16,039 nucleotides of DNA, taken from contig JANRLD010000086.1 of the NCBI GenBank assembly GCA_033762915.1, positions 1 through 16,039 of the forward strand, in the 5' to 3' direction. The translations under genes and the position numbers were made by a program. Of the stretch, positions 14,614 to 16,039 are shown piece by piece (position 1 is the first letter of the stretch; each line of letters opens with the position of its first letter). The notes under the pieces were generated by a model. That model made no database searches. It saw only the letters and a list, made by a program, of their open reading frames with translations, and had not been told where the DNA came from. Source of the stretch: Meiothermus sp. (GTDB lineage: Bacteria > Deinococcota > Deinococci > Deinococcales > Thermaceae).

Positions 14614-15813
14614 TTAGGTCGCCCGCCCAAATCTCTCGAGCGCCTCCGCCAGCTTGCCCACCGGCAGCACCCCCATCTTCACCAGCGCCCCGCCGCCCCT
14701 GGCCCCCAGCGGCTCCAGCACCTCTGCCCAGATTTGCCCCAGGTCCTCGCGCCTCGAGGAGTGCTTGAGCAGCACGTAGCGGGCCTTCTGGTCGGCCTTG
14801 GTGCGGGCGCTGCCCGGCGGCTCGGGCCGCTCGGCCTGCGCCACCAAGAGGGCCAGCACCCCCGGCCACTCGGCCAGGCGCTTGCCCACCTGGTCGAGCA
14901 CGGCGTCGGGGACCTGGGCCTGGATGGTCAGGCCGGGGAACTCGGCCAGCAGCTCGCGCATCACCCGCTCGGCCAGCTCGTCCCGAAGGGCGGCGTTCTC
15001 GGCCCGGGCCCGCTGCCACTCCCCCTGTAGGTTGGCGATGGGACGCTCGACCTCGGCGATCCCGGCACTGAACCGCTCGCCCAGCCGGCTCAGAATCCCG
15101 TGCTCCTGATTGAACAGCTCGACCGCCTCCCAGCCCGCCACGAAATAGACCCGCACGCCCCCCTTGTAGCGCTCGAACCGGGTGACCTTGACCGGGCCGG
15201 CTTCGCCGGTGCGGGCCACGTGCAGCCCGCCGCAGGCCACCCGGTCCCACTGGGTGATGTCCACCACCCGGATGGTGCCCTCGACCTTGGAGGCGCGGCG
15301 CAGCCCGTGGGCGGGGGCCTCGGCACTGTCGATGAAGTAGGTCTCGACCGGGGTGTTGGCGTAGACGGCCCAGTTGGCCATGGCCTCGGCCCGCCGGACC
15401 ACTTCCTCGGCGGGCTCGCCATCGAAGTCCATGGTGCAGACCGGGCCCGACATATTCACCGCCACCACGTTCCAGCCCGCCGCCCGCAGGAAGGCTTGCC
15501 CCAGCATGTGCTCGGCGGTGTGGCGCTGCATGTGGCGGTAGCGGCGGCCCCAGTCCAGCACCCCGTGCACGGCCTGACCCGCCTCGAGGGGGGCCTCCAG
15601 CGCGTGCACGATCTCGCCCTTGGCCTTGCCATCCTCCCTCACGTCCAACACCCGCACCCCGCCCAGCGTCCCGAGGTCGTTGGCCTGCCCGCCGGCCGTG
15701 GGGTAGAAGAGGGTCTGCTCGGTGACGGCGTAGTGCTTCCCACCCTCGCTCCAGGCTCTCTCGACCACCGAATCGAACTCGCTCAGGTAGGGCTGTTCCC
15801 AGTACAGGCGCAT
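14614..15813 (-). CDS. Alanyl-tRNA editing protein (AlaX-like) with C-terminal DHHA1/C-Ala-like domain
   Basis: RLYWEQPYL, TLFYPTAGGQANDLG, zinc ligands HxxxH (MQRHTAEHML) and CxxxH (ACGGLHV), and a C-terminal GARGGG. Confidence 0.92.
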   Translation of the reverse strand: MRLYWEQPYLSEFDSVVERAWSEGGKHYAVTEQTLFYPTAGGQANDLGTLGGVRVLDVREDGKAKGEIVHALEAPLEAGQAVHGVLDWGRRYRHMQRHTAEHMLGQAFLRAAGWNVVAVNMSGPVCTMDFDGEPAEEVVRRAEAMANWAVYANTPVETYFIDSAEAPAHGLRRASKVEGTIRVVDITQWDRVACGGLHVARTGEAGPVKVTRFERYKGGVRVYFVAGWEAVELFNQEHGILSRLGERFSAGIAEVERPIANLQGEWQRARAENAALRDELAERVMRELLAEFPGLTIQAQVPDAVLDQVGKRLAEWPGVLALLVAQAERPEPPGSARTKADQKARYVLLKHSSRREDLGQIWAEVLEPLGARGGGALVKMGVLPVGKLAEALERFGRAT

Positions 15814-15819
15814 CCGCTA

Positions 15820-15825
15820 ACACTA
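15820..15825 (-). promoter_or_regulatory. -10 box of a leaderless transcript
   Basis: Minus strand reads TAGTGT-tagcgg-ATG; no SD. Confidence 0.65.
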
Positions 15826-15895
15826 CGGGGAGGCGGGCGCGGACGCAAGAGCGGCAGCACCCGACCGGCAGGGCAACCGCAAAGTCGCCATAAAG

Positions 15896-16015
15896 CCTCC
15901 CTACAGCGTAGGGGAGGTTGGAGGGGTCTGTTCCGAGGTCGCCCATTCAGTCAGCGAATACATGGGTCAGCGCGGAACAAACCCCGCCCTACCCACCCCT
16001 ACGCTGTAGGGGTGG
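15896..16015. repeat. REP-like inverted pair (REPIN/MITE-like long hairpin)
   Basis: CCCTACAGCGTAGGGG (15899-15914) and CCCCTACGCTGTAGGG (15996-16011) form a perfect 16-bp inverted repeat, and each arm is itself palindromic. Inner stems GGGGT/ACCCC, TGTTCCG/CGGAACA and CCCAT/ATGGG continue the hairpin. Confidence 0.75.
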
Positions 16016-16039
16016 ACTTCATGGTTAAGCCTGCTGGCT

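Noticed and set aside
15841..15897. Fragments resembling a c-di-GMP-I riboswitch (GGACGCAA, GGGCAACC, CGCAAAG)
   Set aside because: The elements are in the wrong order and lack the GNRA-capped P2 stem.
14564..15946. 460-aa minus-strand ORF overlapping the AlaX-like gene
   Set aside because: Alternative frame with Arg/Gly/Ala/Pro-biased composition; the AlaX frame has the family motifs and a promoter.
15896..16015. CRISPR repeat
   Set aside because: Only two copies, inverted rather than direct, and no cas genes in the window.

Overview
GC-rich bacterial DNA, most consistent with Deinococcota (Meiothermus/Calidithermus-like). That is an inference from gene content and from -10 boxes sitting 6 nt before three ATGs. 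Bases 1-12536 hold a minus-strand chemosensory operon of the type IV pilus (Pil-Chp/tax) kind. In transcription order: single-domain response regulator, CheW, a stand-alone MHYT membrane sensor, three PilJ-like chemoreceptors with different sensor domains (NIT-like, dCache-like, four-helix bundle), a hybrid CheA (2 Hpt + CheW + REC), a pseudo-receiver/DUF4388 protein, and a REC + Pro/Ala-linker protein running off the left edge. No cheR/cheB is visible. Beyond a hairpin-rich divergent intergenic region are an unknown plus-strand gene and three apparently leaderless minus-strand genes (hypothetical, YwbE-like, AlaX-like tRNA editing), then a REP-like inverted pair. The most striking features are the output-less MHYT protein overlapping a receptor start, and two receptors that are nearly identical in their adaptation helices but divergent at the signalling tip. 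All family assignments come from motif recognition by eye; no database searches were run.
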